Assembly: GCA_051313645.2 (NCBI GenBank)
Contig: JBNRSN020000010.1
Location: 68,324,001 to 68,388,000 of the forward strand
DNA length: 64,000 nucleotides
Direction: 5' to 3'
Source of the DNA: Centroscyllium fabricii
Lineage: Eukaryota
This document shows positions 59,819-64,000 of the stretch, piece after piece. The notes below the pieces were generated by a model. It did no database searches and was not told where the DNA came from. It worked only from the letters and a program-made list of their open reading frames with translations. A program made the position numbers and the translations under genes. The first letter of the stretch is position 1. Each line of letters starts with the position of its first letter.

Positions 59819-62800
59819 TGGCGACACGCCCACCAGGACCATCGAATCCGCCTCGGGAGGACTGTGAGACGGCCCCGCCCGCCGGGCGGCGTGATGACGT
59901 CACCGCGACTTCCGGCGTGATGACGTCGCCAGGTGGACACCCGGCAGTGACGTCACCAACCGCGGGTCCTTTAAATACCTTGGTTCCAGGTGGCTCAGTC
60001 TCTTCGCTACCTGGCCATAGCTGTGTTAACATTAAATGATTGTTTTCCGAATCCTCTGTGTCCAGCGTGGTTCTTCAGGCCTGCATGCCTCTACAGTGGT
60101 GACCTCGATACTTGGAACGAATTCCAAGGGAACATGATGAAGCAGTTGCTGCAGGACTGAGGGCCAAGCTGCCTCAGTGGACCCACAACCAACATGCCAG
60201 CAGGGAGCCAAACAGCACGACTCCACAGACTGGGCCAGAACTACGGGCAAATTCCAAACTTGCCAGAGTTCTGGGAACTACGTCCAGCGGCCTGGTTCCT
60301 CAGCACAGAGAACACCTACCGCATCCATGGCGTACAGGGGGACGATCGATACAGCCTGCTCTTCGCGGCCCTTTCACAGACCACGGTCGACCGAATGTGG
60401 TCATCGATACAGCACGAACCAACTGCTGGCAGGTACGAATCGCTTAAGGCCGCGCTGCTAAAAAAATTCACCCCCACCCAATTCGAGCGCGACTGCCAGC
60501 TCATTAACCTCCCCGAGCTCGGGGACGCAGACCCATCGGACCTCTGGGCCCAAATGGAAGCGCTCAATTGCGACCCGGCCACCATTAAGCGCGCCTTGTT
60601 CCTCCTCAAACTGCCTCCCACCGTCAGACCGGCTCTGACGATCCTTGATCACTACACCAAAGAGCAACTGGCTGAGGAGGCCGACAAGCTGATGAGGGCC
60701 GAGCGCACCCGAGCCGCCACGTGCCAACCCACTACTGCTCCACCGGAGCAGTACTACGCGCACCCCAGGTCCGGCCCCAAGTCCGAACCCAGGCCAGTGC
60801 TTACCCATAAAAAGCCACGCACCACAGGCCCCGGCTGGTGCTACTATCACACCAGGTTTGAAAACAAAGCGCAGCGCTGCGTCCAGCCCTGCACCTTCAA
60901 ACCCCAAACCAGCCCAAGCCCCACCATGTCCGTAGGCCGCTCTGGAGCACTGCTCTTCGTCATGGACAGTGGCTCAGGCCTCTGCTTCCTCTGCGACACA
61001 GGCGCGCAGCACAGCATAGTGCCAGCCTCCTCGGCAGAAACCAAGCAACGCACCCAAGGCCCACCACTTGAAGCCGCAAACGGCTCCGAGATAGTTACGT
61101 TCAGCACCCGCCAGCTTACCAGCAAGCTGGCAGGCCACACATACAAGTGGGACTTTATCACAGCCCAAGTCAAAATACCCCTACTCGGGGCCGACTTTCT
61201 GTGCGCCCACGGCCTACTGGTCGATGTTACCCGACGCCGTCTGGTCGACATCCACAACATGTCGACCATCCCATGCTCCACAGGGCCGGCACACCAGACC
61301 CACGCGGCATCCCACTGCCGAGCCCGGAACTCCGACACGTACGCCACGCTCCTCGCGGAGTTCCCAGCCCTAACCAACCCCACCTTCACAGCCCGTACGG
61401 CCAAGCACGGGGTGGAGCACCACATCACCACCACAGGCCTCCCAGTCCATGCCCACGCACGTAGGCTGGACCCGGCCAAGCTAGAGATCGCGCGTGCCGA
61501 GTTCCACATCATGGAACAACTCGGCATCATCCGCCGCTCCAGCAGCCCCTGGGCCTCCCCCCTCCACATTGCCCCCAAACCCGGCGGCGGCTGGCGCCCC
61601 TGCGGAGACTACCGCCGCCTCAACAACGCCACCACCCCAGACAGGTACCCCGTCCCCCACATCCAAGACTTCTCAGCAAGGCTACCCGGCTACACGTTCT
61701 TTTCAAAGATCGACCTGGTACGGGGCTACCACCAGGTACCAGTGCACCTGGCGGACGTCCCTAAGACAGCCGTCATTACCCCATTCGGCCTTTTTAAATT
61801 TCTCCGAATGCCCTTCGGACTTAAAAACGCGGCCCAGGCCTTCCAACGCCTCATGGACTCAGTCCTCCGAGACTTGCAGTTCACGTTCGTCTACCTAGAC
61901 AACATCCTCGTGGCCAGCACCTCCCCCCAGGAACACCTCCTCCATCTCAAGGCCCTTTTCAACCGCCTGGTCGAACACGGCCTCATATTAAGCCCCTCCA
62001 AATGTCGATTCGGCCTCGAGACGATCGACTTCCTCGGCCACCATATCTCCCAGACCGGGGCCATACCCCTGCCCTCCAAGGTGCAGGCGGTCCAGGAATT
62101 CCCCCACCCGCACTCCATCAAGGGGCTGCAGGAATTCCTTGGGATGGTTAATTTCTATAACCGCTTCATCCCTGGAGCAGCCGCCCTCATGGCCCCCCTC
62201 TACCTCGCCACCCGTGGCCAGTCCAACAAGGCTGCGGTCGAGTGGACGGCCGAAGCCACCACCGCCTTTACCGCAACCAAAACCGCCCTGGCCAACGCCA
62301 CGCTCCTCACCCACCCTAGGCCCAACGCCAGAGTAGCCCTCACCACCGACGCCTCCGACCGCGCCGTCGGAGCAGTCTTTGAGCAGTGGACAGGTGACTC
62401 CTGGCAACCCCTGGCCTTTTTCAGCCGACAACTCCGGCCCCCGGAGGTCAAGTACAGCGCCTTCGATAGGGAGCTACTCGCTCTCTACCTCGCGGTGCGC
62501 CACTTCTGCTTCCTCCTAGAGGGCCGCCACTTTACAGCCTTCGTGGATCACAAGCCACTTGTGTCCGCAATGGCCAAGATCTCCGAACCCTGGTCGGCCA
62601 GGCAGCAGCACCAGCTCGCGGCTGTGTCAGAATTTACCACCGACATTCAGCACATCGCCGGCCGCGACAACGTGGTCGCTGACTGCCTCTCACGCCCCAC
62701 CATCAACCCCGTTCAAACGGCCGTCGACTACGCCAAACTGGCGGCCGACCAACTGACTGACCCCGATCTGCTCGACCCAGCTACCAACCTCCCTGGCCTG

Positions 62801-64000
62801 CTCTTGGCCACCGTAGCACACGGGCCCACAGCCACGGAGGTCCGCTGCGACGTCTCCCTCCCGCAGCCCAGACCCGTCGTCCCCCACGCATGGAGGCGAC
62901 ACATCTTCCAGACCCTCCATGACCTGTCCCACCCCGGCGTCCGCGCGTCCACAAAGCTGATTTCTGCGCGTTTCGTTTGGCGCGGCCTGCGCAAGGATGT
63001 CCGCGCCTGGACCAACACCTGCAATGCCTGCCAGCGCGCCAAATTGCACAAGCACATCAAGGCGCCACTTGAAACGATCGCCATCCCAGCTAGACGCTTC
63101 AGCCACGTCCACCTTGACCTGGTCGGACCACTACCACCATCACGGGGACATACACATGTCATGACCATGGTCGACCGCAGCACCCGCTGGCCAGAAGCGG
63201 TCCCCCTCACCGCTACCACCACCGCGGACCTGGCCAGGGCCTTCATTGCCACCTGGGTCGCACGTTTCGGCGTCCCCACCGACATTACATCAGACAGGGG
63301 CCCCCAATTTACCTCAACCCTATGGGCAACCATCGCCCATGACCTCAGGGCAACCCTGCACTGAACCACCGCCTACCACCCACAGGCCAATGGCCTCTGC
63401 GAGAGGTTCCACCGCTCCATCAAAGCTTCCCTACGGGCCAGCCTTAAGGACGCAACCTGGACCGACCGCCTGCCCTGGGTAATGCTCGGCCTACGTTCAG
63501 CGGCCAAAGAAGACCTGCATGCCTCAGCGGCGGAACTCGTGTATGGCCAACCCCTAACCGTACCGGGCGAGTTCGTCGCGGAAACCAACGAACCCTGGTC
63601 AGCCGACCGCTGCCTCAAGGAGTTCAATAACCAGGCAGCGGCGTTCAAACCACTTCCGGTGGCCCGGCACAGAGAGCCAGCAGCACGTGTTCCTGATGGC
63701 ATCGAGAATGCCAAGTATGTGTTTGTCCGCCACGACGCACATCGAACACCACTACAGCCACCGTACGACGGACCGTACAGAGTGCTTCGGGCGGGACCTA
63801 AAACGTTCCAGATAAAAATGGGCAACAGAGCTGAGACTGTCTCAATCGACCGGCTCAAACCGGCACACATAATGGCGGGCGAGACAACAGTCCCCGCGCA
63901 GCCACCAAAACGCGGACGCCCTACCGCACCAAAACCCGCCCACACTCCCACGCAGAACAAGGAGCAGCGCACGACACGTGCTGGCCGCATCATCAGGCCA
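59819..64000 (+). mobile_element. CsRN1-clade Gypsy element (5' LTR ~59819-60095; runs off the window)
   Basis: PBS TGGTGACCTCGA (tRNA-Trp type) at 60097 and Gag CHCC motif CYYH-x9-C-x3-C. Confidence 0.88.
60194..64000 (+). CDS. CsRN1-type Gag-Pol; one nonsense codon at 63362-63364, integrase continues in frame
   Basis: CDTGA, WRPCGDYRRLN, IDLVRGYHQ, TDASD, HLDLVGPLP, SDRGPQF, then TTAYHPQANG after the stop. Confidence 0.88.

Noticed and set aside
61891-61902. YLDN in the CsRN1-type RT as a third natural variant
   Set aside because: GAC AAC is simply explained by CpG decay of GAC GAC in a copy that also has a CGA-to-TGA stop.
60316-63993. Long antisense ORFs over GC-rich Gypsy pol (also 54149-57729 and 19894-22518)
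   Set aside because: Shadows of GC-rich sense coding sequence, with no recognisable domains.

Overview
Repeat-dense vertebrate genomic DNA, most likely from a cartilaginous fish (HE1-type V-SINEs, CR1 LINEs, Penelope-type hammerhead repeats), with no host gene that I can confidently recognise. The centrepiece is a full-length endogenous foamy (spuma-like) provirus on the minus strand (32795-48624). It has ~1.25-kb LTRs that are ~99% identical, a 4-bp TSD (GCAT), a perfect tRNA-Lys1,2 PBS, a GR-box Gag and a decayed foamy pol interrupted by a Rex1-type LINE. Its 3' half is unusual. env is split into two ORFs: LP-SU with no furin site, and a TM ORF with its own signal peptide. A ~3.5-kb accessory block follows, encoding a decayed 158-codon ORF, a predicted 7-TM protein with an overlapping PTAP/PPPY late motif, a 585-aa Cys-rich/acidic protein and a 2-TM protein. 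The rest of the window is nested Ty3/Gypsy elements, a non-autonomous hAT element, PIF/Harbinger remnants, a probable solo LTR, LINEs, SINEs and satellites. Two of the Gypsy elements are full-length, lack a tRNA PBS, show covarying self-priming complementarity and have a YLDN RT motif. Family assignments come from motifs recognised by eye and recalled reference sequences; no database search was run.
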